The notes: generated by a model not told the origin, from the sequence alone. A DNA stretch of 64,000 nt from Eledone cirrhosa (GCA_964016885.1 OZ024742.1:144026001-144090000), one strand, 5' to 3'; positions 28,568-42,263 are shown, numbered from the stretch's first letter. A program made the numbers and translations.

Positions 28568-28682
28568 TCTGAGTTCAAATCCTGCCAAGGTTAACTTTGC
28601 CTTTCATCCTTACGGGGGTCGATAAAATAAAGTACCAGTAATCTACTGGGTAATTACTGGCCTTGTGCCAAAAGTAGAAACA
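28568..28682 (+). mobile_element. 5'-truncated family B SINE with target-site duplication
   Basis: Starts at the B box; flanked by ATTAT(C/T)TGTCTTGTAAA at 28551-28567 and 28683-28699. Confidence 0.85.
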
Positions 28683-30009
28683 ATTATTTGTCTTGTAAAG
28701 CAACACAACTTGGGTCAGTTGCCAAATACACTAGGTTGCTGAGGGTTGCTACATGTTGCATCCCAGATGAGGGGGCTTAACATTGTGGAATGGGAAGATT
28801 GTGATGCTTTCTGCCATCCTCTCAGTCCAAACCCACCAACTTGAACTGTGAAAAGAAGCTAGTGGTGTCCAAGCCATGCTCATGGCTCATGTTGAGAGCA
28901 ACATGGTGTAGGGGAAGAGACCATCAATGATTACCACTAAGAAGAAAATTAAGACCAAAGAGGAATAATAAACAGATTAAGATGATAATGAGTAGCCAGT
29001 TCTTCAGTACACTGAACTATGTGCTAAATAAATGTGTATGTGACTGAGTAATCTACAGAAACCTTTACCCGTAACATAATCTTCGTGTAGAATCAACATG
29101 ACAGTACATGTGACAAAACTGGACCTTTGAATTCAGTTAAAATGTTTGCTTTACAATCATGAAGTTCCATGTTTGATCCCACTATATGACATCTTAAGCA
29201 AATGTCTTTCACCATAGCCTGAATCAACTCAAGTCTAAGAGTGAAATTAGGTAAATGAATGAAAACTGTGCAGAATCACATGAATTTTATGAGTTATCCT
29301 CTCTTGAGCTTTATTTTCTTTAGATAAACAGGCAGTACTCCTATATTCATTACTGGCTGTAACAGAATGCAACCTGAAGGCAATATGATTGTACTATGTT
29401 ATGTGTAGCCCATTAAATACTTTTTTTTTACTTTTAGAAGTGTCTTGATGGGTAGAAACTCAATGTATAGAAAAAAAAAAGTCAGCCATTTTCCTATTGG
29501 GGGATGATGACTACAACATTGTGGCACACTGTTTTTGTTGTTATTGTTGGTAATTTGTTAATTGAAGCATTTTCAGCTGAAACTGGAAATAATCTAATCT
29601 GAAACAAAATTTAATCTAAACCAAGTAGCAGTAGAAGCAGGCTTGAGATACAACTTGTTTGTTTATTTGTTTGTTTTTTCCCTACTGCCCCAGGCTATAC
29701 TGAAAATTTACTTATAGAAATGAAGTATGTACTAAACACTGAATATTCAGGAAGATAACCAAATAGAAATTAGAAAGAGAGTGCAACAAATCACCCCCTT
29801 ACCACACCCCAACCTCTTAGCTAAAAACTAAACAGAATTTATGCAGTTTGAAGTACAGCACACTAATCTATGTAAGTTGTCAGCAGAGATCTAATGGTAT
29901 TATCTTAGGATTAGAGCAGTCATGCCAACCAGTTTTACAACTGTTGCTACTGATGATAAACTTACAAAACCTTCCTCCCCACACTCCTTTCTAACAGAAG
30001 AGAGGGTGT

Positions 30010-30024
30010 TGCTGCTGCTACTAC

Positions 30025-30087
<63 letters not shown>

Positions 30088-30160
30088 CACTGCCACCAAT
30101 ACTACTACTACTGCTACTACTGCTACTACCACTGCCACCAACACTACTACTACTACTACC
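30010..30160. repeat. (CTA)n-rich trinucleotide microsatellite
   Basis: Direct inspection. Confidence 0.9.
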
Positions 30161-31263
30161 AAATCCAAGTGTTTGACTAAGAATAAGGTTAAGAGTCTTA
30201 TTTGGAAATTAGGGTCAAATATAACCCATACACACACATAAACATACATAAACACCCACATACATTAACTTTATGTCCTGAGTATATACTCTTTCTATTT
30301 TTGTCAATATATGATATAGTGTGTCTATATATCTATGTTATTGTGTTTATGCATATCTCATGGATATATGTATATTGTAACTATATGTATGTATAATTTG
30401 TTTATTATGGATCCTCTGTGGGTTTTGCTGATAACATTCAACTGTTTGATTAATGGGCCATAAGACATTAAATTAACATATAAGCGGCTGAGTATTCAAC
30501 AGAAATGTATACCTTTAACATAATTCTCAGGCTCAAGCAATGTGACACAATATGTGACCACACTGGCAGAAGTCATCCAATAGGCTTCCATTGGTTTCTG
30601 TCTAAACAACACAGGTTTAGGTCAAATCAAGAATAGTAAAACACATTTGCCTCAGATAATATGGAGTGGAATTGAACCATAGTTGCAGAGCAAACTTTTT
30701 AATCACTTAATCATGCTTTAATCTATGTTGATTATATGTATAATATTTCATGACAAAAAGTATCCAGCCCAGCCTGTAAGGTGGCAGTTCTGGTGCCACA
30801 ATAAAAGCACACAATCCACCCTGTAAGAGCAGCCTTCTAATGTGGTAGAGCTGGTGCCATGACAAAAAGCACTCAGTCTACCCTGTCAGGTGGTACTGTT
30901 GGTGGCACGAAAATAGCTCCCAGTAAACACTGTAAAGTCGTTGGCATTTGGAAGGGCATCCAGCTATGGAAAACGAAGTGAAAAATAGAGCACATGAGCA
31001 AGGCATGGTCACCTGAACTGTCCAGCTTTGTAAGGTGACAGACCATCTACCCAATACAAGCATGAAAAATACATGTTAAATGGTGATGTTGATGATTGTG
31101 AGGCTATTTTCTTTTTAATTTTTTACTACTTAGCCAAAAGGGTTCTCATGAGTTGTGGGAAGGAAAAAGGAAGATATTATTAAATCAGAGAATTGACTGA
31201 AATTCTTGCAACAATGGAAAGTAATCCAAGGTTTCAGGTAGTGGAGTTAAATTAGGCAACAGA

Positions 31264-31492
31264 TTAACCCTTTCATTACCATATTTCTTATGAAAGATAC
31301 TGTCAATGATTTTCAAATAATTTCAAAAAAATAATCAACAATTTAGAGGGATTTAGTCATATACTTATCTTTTCACAAAAGTACTTATATAGAATTATGG
31401 TGAAAGATTTTAAAATAAATATAAACACATTAAAACAAAGAGCTTTGTATTACAGAATAAAGGGTAGTTTCAGGTGTTTTGGTATCAAGTGG
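31264..31492. mobile_element. piggyBac-like MITE, family 2 (decayed)
   Basis: TTAA-CCCTTTC left end; right part GGTAGTTTCAGGTGTTTTGGTATC is the reverse complement of the starts at ~54900 and ~56115. Confidence 0.5.
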
Positions 31493-31589
31493 TGTCTATC
31501 ATCATCATTGGACACAGCTGCATTGAGCTCAGAAGGCAAAGAGCCAGAAAATATACCACAAAGCATCTTGTCCAATAATTGCCTGCGAA

Positions 31590-34500
31590 GTGAGAGCCTC
31601 TATCATGTGGACACCTGGGCAGAGATAGGAGGTGAGGTGTGAGAGCCTTTATCATGTGGACACCAGGGTGGGGATAGGAGGTGAGGTGTGAGAGCCTTTA
31701 TCATGTGGACACCAGGGTGGGGATAGGAGGTGAGGTGTGAGAGCCTTTATCATGTGGACACCAGGGTGGGGATAGGAGGTGAGGTGTGAGAGCCTTTATC
31801 ATGTGGACACCAGGGTGGGGATAGGAGGTGAGGTGTGAGAGCCTTTATGATGTGGACACCAGGGCAGAGATAGGAGGTGAGGTGTGAGAGCCTTTATCAT
31901 GTGGACACCAGGGTGGAGATTGGAGGTGAGGTGTGAGAGCCTTTATCATGTGGACAACAGGGTGGGGATAGGTGGTGAGGTGTGAGAGCCTTTATGATGT
32001 GGACACCAGGGTGGGGATAGGAGGTGAGGTGTGAGAGCCTTTATGATGTGGACACCAGGGTGGAGATAGGAGGTGAGGTGTGAGAGCCTTTATGATGTGG
32101 ACACCAGGGTGGGGATAGGAGGTGAGGTGTGAGAGCCTTTATCATGTGGACACCAGGGTGGGGATAGGTGAGGTGTGAGAGCCTCTATCATGTGGACACC
32201 AGGGCAGAGATAGGAGGTGAGGTGTGAGAGCCTTTATCATGTGGACACCAGGGTGGGGATAGGTGAGGTGTGAGAGCCTCTATCATGTGGACACCAGGGC
32301 AGAGATAGGAGGTGAGGTGTGAGAGCCTTTATCATGTGGACACCAGGGTGGGGATAGGAGGTGAGGTGTGAGAGCCTTTATCATGTGGACACCAGGGTGG
32401 GGATAGGAGGTGAGGTGTGAGAGCCTTTATCATGTGGACACCAGGGTGGGGATAGGAGGTGAGGTGTGAGAGCCTTTATCATGTGGACACCAGGGTGGGG
32501 ATAGGAGGTGAGGTGTGAGAGCCTTTATGATGTGGACACCAGGGCAGAGATAGGAGGTGAGGTGTGAGAGCCTTTATCATGTGGACACCAGGGCAGAGAT
32601 AGGTGAGGTGTGAGAGCCTTTATCATGTGGACACCAGGGTGGGGATAGGAGGTGAGGTGTGAGAGCCTTTATCATGTGGACACCAGGGCAGAGATAGGAG
32701 GTGAGGTGTGAGAGCCTTTATCATGTGGACACCAGGGTGGGGATAGGAGGTGAGGTGTGAGAGCCTTTATCATGTGGACACCAGGGTGGGGATAGGAGGT
32801 GAGGTGTGAGAGCCTTTATCATGTGGACACCAGGGTGGGGATAGGAGGTGAGGTGTGAGAGCCTTTATCATGTGGACACCAGGGTGGGGATAGGAGGTGA
32901 GGTGTGAGAGCCTTTATCATGTGGACACCAGGGCAGAGATAGGAGGTGAGGTGTGAGAGCCTTTATCATGTGGACACCAGGGTGGGGATAGGAGGTGAGG
33001 TGTGAGAGCCTTTATCATGTGGACACCAGGGTGGGGATAGGAGGTGAGGTGTGAGAGCCTTTATCATGTGGATACCAGGGCAGAGATAGGAGGTGAGGTG
33101 TGAGAGCCTTTATCATGTGGACACCAGGGTGGGGATAGGAGGTGAGGTGTGAGAGCCTTTATGATGTGGACACCAGGGCAGAGATAGGAGGTGAGGTGTG
33201 AGAGCCTTTATCATGTGGACACCAGGGTGGGGATAGGAGGTGAGGTGTGAGAGCCTTTATCATGTGGACACCAGGGTGGGGATAGGAGGTGAGGTGTGAG
33301 AGCCTTTATCATGTGGACACCAGGGCAGGGATAGGAGGTGAGGTGTGAGAGCCTTTATCATGTGGATACCAGGGCAGAGATAGGAGGTGAGGTGTGAGAG
33401 CCTTTATCATGTGGACACCAGGGCAGAGATAGGAGGTGAGGTGTGAGAGCCTTTATCATGTGGACACCAGGGTGGGGATAGGAGGTGAGGTGTGAGAGCC
33501 TTTATCATGTGGACACCAGGGTGGGGATAGGAGGTGAGGTGTGAGAGCCTTTATCATGTGGATACCAGGGCAGAGATAGGAGGTGAGGTGTGAGAGCCTT
33601 TATCATGTGGACACCAGGGCAGAGATAGGAGGTGAGGTGTGAGAGCCTTTATCATGTGGACACCAGGGTGGGGATAGGAGGTGAGGTGTGAGAGCCTTTA
33701 TCATGTGGACACCAGGGTGGGGATAGGAGGTGAGGTGTGAGAGCCTTTATCATGTGGATACCAGGGCAGAGATAGGAGGTGAGGTGTGAGAGCCTTTATG
33801 ATGTGGACACCAGGGTGGGGATAGGAGGTGAGGTGTGAGAGCCTTTATCATGTGGACACCAGGGTGGGGACAGGAGGTGAGGTGTGAGAGCCTTTATCAT
33901 GTGGACACCAGGGTGGAGATAGGAGGTGAGGTGTGAGAGCCTTTATGATGTGGACACCAGGGTGGGGATAGGAGGTGAGGTGTGAGAGCCTTTATCATGT
34001 GGATACCAGGGCAGAGATAGGAGGTGAGGTGTGAGAGCCTTTATCATGTGGACACCAGGGCAGAGATAGGAGGTGAGGTGTGAGAGCCTTTATCATGTGG
34101 ACACCAGGGTGGGGATAGGAGGTGAGGTGTGAGAGCCTTTATCATGTGGACACCAGGGTGGAGATAGGAGGTGAGGTGTGAGAGCCTTTATGATGTGGAC
34201 ACCAGGGTGGGGATAGGAGGTGAGGTGTGAGAGCCTTTATCATGTGGACACCAGGGCAGAGATAGGTGAGGTGTGAGAGCCTTTATCATGTGGACACCAG
34301 GGTGGGGATAGGAGGTGAGGTGTGAGAGCCTTTATCATGTGGATACCAGGGCAGAGATAGGAGGTGAGGTGTGAGAGCCTTCATCATGTGGACACCAGGG
34401 TGGGGATAGGAGGTGAGGTGTGAGAGCCTTTATCATGTGGACACCAGGGCAGAGATAGGAGGTGAGGTGTGAGAGCCTTTATCATGTGGACACCAGGGTG

Positions 34501-37068
34501 GGGATAGGAGGTGAGGTGTGAGAGCCTTTATCATGTGGACACCAGGGCAGAGATAGGAGGTGAGGTGTGAGAGCCTTTATCATGTGGACACCAGGGTGGG
34601 GATAGGAGGTGAGGTGTGAGAGCCTTTATCATGTGGACACCAGGGTGGAGATAGGAGGTGAGGTGTGAGAGCCTTTATGATGTGGACACCAGGGTGGGGA
34701 TAGGAGGTGAGGTGTGAGAGCCTTTATCATGTGGACACCAGGGCAGAGATAGGTGAGGTGTGAGAGCCTTTATCATGTGGATACCAGGGCAGAGATAGGA
34801 GGTGAGGTGTGAGAGCCTTCATCATGTGGACACCAGGGTGGGGATAGGAGGTGAGGTGTGAGAGCCTTTATCATGTGGACACCAGGGCAGAGATAGGTGA
34901 GGTGTGAGAGCCTTTATCATGTGGATACCAGGGCAGAGATAGGAGGTGAGGTGTGAGAGCCTTCATCATGTGGACACCAGGGTGGGGATAGGAGGTGAGG
35001 TGTGAGAGCCTTCATCATGTGGACACCAGGGTGGGGATAGGAGGTGAGGTATGAGAGCCTTTATCATGTGGACACCAGGGTGGGGATAGGAGGTGAGGTG
35101 TGAGAGCCTTTATCATGTGGACACCAGGGTGGGGATAGGAGGTGAGGTGTGAGAGCCTTTATCATGTGGACACCAGGGTGGGGATAGGAGGTGAGGTGTG
35201 AGAGCCTTTATCATGTGGACACCAGGGTGGGGATAGGAGGTGAGGTGTGAGAGCCTTTATCATGTGGACACCAGGGTGGGGATAGGAGGTGTGGTGTGAG
35301 AGCCTTTATGATGTGGACACCAGGGTGGGGATAGGAGGTGAGGTGTGAGAGCCTTTATGATGTGGACACCAGGGCAGAGATAGGTGAGGTGTGAGAGCCT
35401 TTATCATGTGGACACCAGGGTGGGGATAGGAGGTGAGGTGTGAGAGCCTTTATCATGTGGACACCAGGGTGGGGATAGGAGGTGAGGTGTGAGAGCCTTT
35501 ATCATGTGGACACCAGGGTGGAGATAGGAGGTGAGGTGTGAGAGCCTTTATCATGTGGACACCAGGGTGGGGATAGGAGGTGAGGTGTGAGAGCCTTTAT
35601 CATGTGGACACCAGGGTGGAGATAGGAGGTGAGGTGTGAGAGCCTTTATAATGTGGACACCAGGGTGGGGATAGGAGGTGAGGTGTGAGAGCCTTTATCA
35701 TGTGGACACCAGGGTAGGGATAGGTGAGGTGTGAGAGCTTTATCATGTGGACACCAGGGTGGGGATAGGAGGTGAGGTGTGAGAGCCTTTATCATGTGGA
35801 CACCAGGGTGGGGATAGGAGGTGAGGTGTGAGAGCCTTTATGATGTGGACACCAGGGCAGAGATAGGAGGTGAGATGTGAGAGCCTTTATCATGTGGACA
35901 CCAGGGTGGGGATAGGAGGTGAGGTGTGAGAGCCTTTATGATGTGGTCACCAGGGTGGGGATAGGAGGTGAGGTGTGAGAGCCTTTATCATGTGGACACC
36001 AGGGTGGGGATAGGAGGTGAGGTGTGAGAGCCTTTATCATGTGGACACCAGGGTGGGGATAGGAGGTGAGGTAAACCTGTGAGAGCCTTTATCATGTGGA
36101 CACCAGGGCAGGGATAGGAGGTGAGGTGTGAGAGCCTTTATCATGTGGACACCAGGGTGGGGATAGGAGGTGAGGTGTGAGAGCCTTTATCATGTGGACA
36201 CCAGGGTGGGGATAGGAGGTGAGGTGTGAGAGCCTTTATCATGTGGACACCAGGGTGGGGATAGGAGGTGAGGTGTGAGAGCCTTTATCATGTGGACACC
36301 AGGGTGGGGATAGGAGGTGAGGTGTGAGAGCCTTTATCATGTGGACACCAGGGTGGGGATAGGAGGTGAGGTGTGAGAGCCTTTATCATGTGGACACCAG
36401 GGTGGGGATAGGAGGTGAGGTGTGAGAGCCTTTATCATGTGGACACCAGGGTGGGGATAGGAGGTGAGGTGTGAGAGCCTTCATCATGTGGACACCAGGG
36501 TGGGGATAGGAGGTGAGGTGTGAGAGCCTTTATCATGTGGACACCAGGGTGGGGATAGGAGGTGAGGTGTGAGAGCCTTTATCATGTGGACACCAGGGTG
36601 GGGATAGGAGGTGAGGTGTGAGAGCCTTTATCATGTGGACACCAGGGTGGGGATACGAGGTGAGGTGTGAGAGCCTTCATCATTTGGACACCAGGGTGGG
36701 GATACGAGGTGAGGTGTGAGAGCCTCTATCATGTGGACACCAGGGCAGAGATAGGAGGTGAGGTGTGAGAGCCTTCATCATTTGGACACCAGGGCAGAGA
36801 TAGGAGGTGAGGTGTGAGAGCCTTTATCATTTGGACACCAGGGCAGAGATACGAGGTGAGGTGTGAGAGCCTTCATCATTTGGACACCAGGGTGGGGATA
36901 GGAGGTGAGGTGTGAGAGCCTTCATCATTTGGACACCAGGGCAGAGATAGGAGGTGAGGTGTGAGAGCCTTCATCATGTGGACACCAGGGTGGGGATAGG
37001 GGTGAGGTAAACCTGTGAGAGCCTCTATCACATGGACACTAGGGCAGGGATAAGGAGTGAGGTAAACC
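31590..37068 (+). repeat. 49-bp tandem satellite, about 110 copies
   Basis: Unit GTGTGAGAGCCTTTATCATGTGGACACCAGGGTGGGGATAGGAGGTGAG; period 49 (31641 to 31690); GGGTGGGG/GGGCAGAG dimorphism, 46-bp and 54-bp variants. Confidence 0.97.
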
Positions 37069-37241
37069 TATCCAGACCTGGTTGAGAGCCTAGTCTGAGG
37101 GGCAGGATTGTGTCAGAGCTTGCAACTACTGGGTGGAGATCCCTTGTCATATAATAATACTCCAGGGCAGCAGGCAGAGAAGGAATTACCTAATTAACTA
37201 ATGACTCTGCAATACTCTGCCTTGTGGCTTGGCTATGTGTT

Positions 37242-37287
<46 letters not shown>

Positions 37288-37379
37288 CACACACATACAC
37301 TATATATATAGTGCATATGCATGCATATATTGTCTATTTATGTATACACACAATATACATATATATATAGTATATGCAT

Positions 37380-37980
37380 GCATGTATTGTGTCTATATAT
37401 GTATAGACACAATGTCCATACACACTATATATAGTGTATATGCATGTATATATATGGAGGCACATGGCTTAGTGGTTAGAGCATTGGCCTTGCAATCGAA
37501 AGGTTGTAGGTTCAATTCTCAGACCGGGTGATGTGTTGTTTCCTTGAGCAAGGCACTTTATTTCACATTGCTCCAGTTTACTCAGCTGTAGAAATGAGAA
37601 GATAGGGACTGGGGTCCCTATCATTCCACTGCAAAGTGGTCGTGGAGGTGCCACGGCAAAAAAAAGCACCCAACACTCACTGTAAATGAGGTTGGTGTTA
37701 GGAAGGGCATCCAGCTGTAGAAATCAAGCCAGAATCAGTTCACGTCCCACCCTTGCAAGCAGGGAAAAAGCGGACGTAAAATGAAATAATGATGATGATG
37801 ATATATATATATGCATGCATGTATTGTGTCTATATATGTATAGACACAATGTCCATACACTATATATAGTGTATATGCATGTATATATTGTGTCTATATA
37901 TGTATAGACACAATGTCCATACACTATATATAGTGTATATGCATGTATATATTGTATCTATATATGTATAGACACAATAT
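37380..37980. repeat. 64-bp minisatellite built of palindromes, split by a SINE
   Basis: GACACAAT at 37843, 37907 and 37971; the unit contains ATTGTGTCTATA tatg TATAGACACAAT and CACTATATATAGTG. Confidence 0.8.
37456..37802 (+). mobile_element. Young family A SINE
   Basis: GGAGGCACATGGCTTAGTGG..GGTTCAATTC head, RTE-derived tail, (GAT)n. Confidence 0.92.
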
Positions 37981-38239
37981 ATATAAGGCTAGGTAGTAAA
38001 CCTAAGATGTTTTTGAGGAGGAGATAGTAAATTAAATTGATTCCAGTACTTGAATGGTACTTAACCTGAGTTTAACAACAACAACAACAACAGCTGCAGC
38101 AAAAAATTTACATTACATCTACACATGTCAGTGTATGTATGTGTGTGTGTGTGTGTGTGTTTGAGCCGGCACGTGCACACACATCATGTCTACATACACC
38201 CCTTTTTCTTTTCCTATCTTCTTTATCTAGATGACATAC

Positions 38240-38329
<90 letters not shown>

Positions 38330-38756
38330 GTATGTATGAGTCTATGTATGATCCAGATATAATTTTATTTCAGACACATCCATTAGTAAGTAGCAAGGTT
38401 AGGTGGCTGGCATGTAGAATGTGTTGTATGGTGGGTAGGTGAGGTTACATCATAGAGGGTCTGTTGCAAGGTTTGGAATAGTCTGCAGTAAGAAGAGGAG
38501 AGTGGTAAGAGTACTGAAAGAAGAGTAAGATGGAGGAAGAGGTGGAAGCAGGTGGTTATAACAACTAAAAATGGAAGAGATTCTTAGACAGAGCCTGAGT
38601 AGATAAGAGAATATATATGTGCATGTGCATGTTTATATTAACACACACACACACACAAACATACATATACATTTGTTTCTATACATGTGTGTAAGTATAT
38701 ATATATATATATATATATACACGCACATACACATACGTCTCTATATGTGTGTATAA

Positions 38757-38800
<44 letters not shown>

Positions 38801-38844
38801 GCACATACACATACATACATATCTGTCTCTATATGTGTGTATAA

Positions 38845-38944
<100 letters not shown>

Positions 38945-39440
38945 GGAGATAAATACACACGGATTATATAGTTATGAGTAGTTGCAAATAACATATGTAT
39001 TATATGTATGTGTATACACAGACATATCGAAAAAGATAATGGGAGACACAGCAACATGATGACATCACCACTATAAACTAAACAACCACAACAACAACAA
39101 CAACAACAGCAACAGCAACACCAAGAAAGCATCATCTAGGCCTTATGATATAATTGTGATAAGCCCTTTCTGTCTCTGCCTCCAGCTAACCTCCATATAT
39201 TCTATTGACTGAAACCCATATATTTTGAGACCTGAATATAACTACAGCTAACTACAAACTACACAATACTATGGAATCACAAAGATGTCCTATAGCTGGG
39301 ATGACATTGATTGAACAATGAATTGTTAAAACAGCAACCACTGTGATATAGGTCTATTCACTGATGGAGATGGAGGGCATGGGTTGTTGAGATAAGGGCC
39401 AGAAGCCAAATGTTTCAGTCAACACACACACACACACATG

Positions 39441-39471
<31 letters not shown>

Positions 39472-39477
<6 letters not shown>

Positions 39478-39795
39478 AGATCAAAAGATGGTTAAAAGAG
39501 TTCCAAGTATTTTATTATGCGCATTTCAAAAACAAATATCATCATGAGTTGATATCTGCGTTTTCATCAGATAAAATAGGGATACATGATATGAAGGTTA
39601 GAAAACACTTGTGAATAGTGAAGATGAGAACGCAGATATCATCCCATGATGATATTTGTTTTTGAAATGCGCATAATAAAATACTTGGAACCATCTTTTG
39701 ATCTTATATTATTCATACTCCAGTCCTACAAACTGTAGAGTGCTACTTATCTGATATTTGCATTGCTTTATTGTGCTACAATAAACCTCACCTCC
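39472..39795. mobile_element. Penelope-like pLTR fold-back (inverted partial duplication)
   Basis: 39472-39568 is the reverse complement of 39623-39710 apart from a 9-nt indel and a few substitutions; bounded by (TA)n on both sides; carries a hammerhead. Confidence 0.7.
39508..39578 (-). ncRNA. Type I hammerhead ribozyme (canonical CUGAUGA/GAAA core)
   Basis: Minus: UAUUUUAU-CUGAUGA-[14-position stem II, 1 mismatch, loop ACUCAUGA]-GAA-AUGCGCAU-A-AUAAAAUA; perfect 8-bp stem I, palindromic stem III, AUA triplet. Confidence 0.75.
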
Positions 39796-39796
39796 T

Positions 39797-39853
<57 letters not shown>

Positions 39854-39854
<1 letters not shown>

Positions 39855-40057
39855 CTGTAATGTGGCCGCGTAGGTAACACGGTAAAAACCTCCCAGTCCA
39901 CACTGTAAACGTGGTTGGTGTTAGGAAGGGCATCCAGTCGTAGAAAACCTGCCAGACTGTCCTGAGCAAGACAACCAATCTTGCCTCAAATGGGACAATT
40001 CCCGTCCAGACCCATGCTAGCGTGGAAGATGGACGTTAAACGACGATGATGATGATG
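39854..40057 (+). mobile_element. RTE 3' UTR fragment
   Basis: Near-identical to 14877-15083; (GAT)n tail; in (TA)n. Confidence 0.9.
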
Positions 40058-40839
40058 GTATATATATACACACACACACATGTATGTGTGTATATATATA
40101 TATACACACACACACACACATGTATGTGTGTATATATATATATATATATGAATTCCAGGTTCAATCGGGAGGTAACTACATTAAGTAAGGTACTGAATAC
40201 ATTAGTAGAGTATATACAAATGGCTCCTTCAAGACTAGAACTGTTTCATTTGAAGGAAACAGTTCTAGTCTTGTAGAAGCCATTTCTATATTATATATAT
40301 TTTCAAGAGAGCTCATTGATATGAGAGTTTGGTGTAGACATGATTTTCACTGGCAGTCCCCAGCAACAGCATATAGACTTTTGGATAGTGTGATCCATAG
40401 ACACACTATTTGTTGTTGTCTACTGACAGTTAATTTTTAACATTCTGTACCACATGAAGCCACATCAGCAAGACATTCTTGAAAAGTAGAAAACAGCATG
40501 TATTATGGCATGTTAAAAAGAAAGGTCTTTACTCTAGCAATGCAAATTTTCATAATAATCTATCCACTATACTAATAAAGATATTAGGAACATTTGAATC
40601 AACAAACCCATTTTAAAATATTATCTTCTAAATCACTACAGAAGTAAGAGTTAAAGTGGAAGTACTGGGCAAGGAGACCACTGAGAAAACAGCAACTTGT
40701 CATAAGATATTTGCAGATGCATACTGGGGTTTAGATGATAGTACATAGGAAAAAGACAGTATGGCCACAGCTAAAATTCTTTTGATTATATTATAGGTCA
40801 GCTCATTCAGGGAATAAAGGACAGCATTCCCAACACAAG

Positions 40840-41062
40840 TCAATAAGGGAGCCACTAGATGGTCATTCGACTTGCTAGAAACAGCAACCAAATATCCCCC
40901 AAACCATACAAAGCCATATTAAAACATAACAAAAAAATTGGAAGTGTATATTTGATAATGTTCTTCTAGACATGCTATGTCTAAAGAAAAAAGAGGGTTG
41001 TCAGAGTTGATCCTTTTATGTTTGGCATCCTGAATCAGAGTTGACCTGGGGCTATGCAACAA
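40840..41062 (+). mobile_element. Unclassified old dispersed repeat (GGTCATT.GAC.TGCTAGAAA.AGCA.CCAAAT ... GACCTGGGGCT..ACAAC)
   Basis: Related fragments at 53570-54650 (several, plus) and 10070-10310, 16390-16600, 20510-20650 (minus). Confidence 0.5.
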
Positions 41063-41884
41063 GCACTGGGGCTGATTTGATATTCCTATGAAACATGCTA
41101 AATGTGAATACGATTAATTACATTAGCAAAGTAAGTGAAAACTCTACAATCAAAAAGAAATTAAGCCTGGCTCATAGATTGCATTTGCTGGGAGCTTATC
41201 ACTTTCTCTTGGGTCACAAATAATAGGGGTGCGGTGCGGTGGGTGGGTGGGGGGACAAATGTGTGTGTGGGGGTGGGGGGATAAGTGTGGTAGGGATGGA
41301 AAATTGGTAATTTTTCTAGGTTGTCACCGTTGATTTTAAAAAAAAATCAGAATTTGTCATTTCGTTTACATATTGAGACCCCAACCCATCCTATTTATTT
41401 TTATAACATACGGGATTTCTAATAAAGTACCTTTTTGTCATGTATAATGTCTTTTAATGCCTAACGAAAATTAATTGTAGCAGGAATGCTACCACTTAAA
41501 ATAAAATTTCACCGGAGATAGATTAGCAAAATTTAATAAGCAGAGTGGGGGTATCATTTGAGACTGAGAGTATATTCTAGTATGCACACACACACACACA
41601 TACACAGACATACACACACATATATGTATGTATGTATTGGCATTAGGAAGATCATACAGCCAGAGAAAACATGCCAAAATAAGAAAAGTATATGTTATCT
41701 GATCTGTCCAACCTCCAACCATGATGACCTGTCCATCTCATGCCAGCATGAAGGATAGATATAAAACGATGATGATGGTGATGATGATATACAGACACAC
41801 ACCATATTTGATGACCCATCTTTCTTCATAAAAAAAAAAAAAAAATCCCTCACAATATCATTGGTGTGTATATGTAAAGGTATA

Positions 41885-42185
41885 TGGCTCCATGGTTAGG
41901 GTGTTCAGCTCACAATTGTAAGACCATGGGTTTCATTACTGGAGCTGATTGTATGTAGTGTCCTTGAGTAAGGTACTTTATTTCATGCTGCTCCAGTACA
42001 CCCAACTGGCACAAATGAGTTGTACCTGTAATTCATGGGATCAACTGAATCACCCTAACATCAAAGTCAAGAGTGTATGTGTCTGTTGAGTGTTTGGTCA
42101 CATACATGTTAATTCCATAAGTAGGTAGTTCCATTGATTGAATCAACTGGAACACTCGTCAGAAATGACAGTGGTCCATCAACAA
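41885..42185 (+). mobile_element. Family C SINE
   Basis: TGGCTCCATGGTTAGGG head and body as at 4795-5115; (AAC)n end. Confidence 0.65.
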
Positions 42186-42212
42186 AAGCAACAACAACAA
42201 CAACAACACATG

Positions 42213-42263
<51 letters not shown>

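Noticed and set aside
31590-37068. CRISPR array or coding repeat
   Set aside because: Units are contiguous with no unique spacers, there are no cas genes, the context is eukaryotic, and the 49-bp period gives no long ORF
37456-37525. tRNA gene
   Set aside because: A and B boxes are present but the anticodon and acceptor stems do not pair, and it continues into a repeated SINE body
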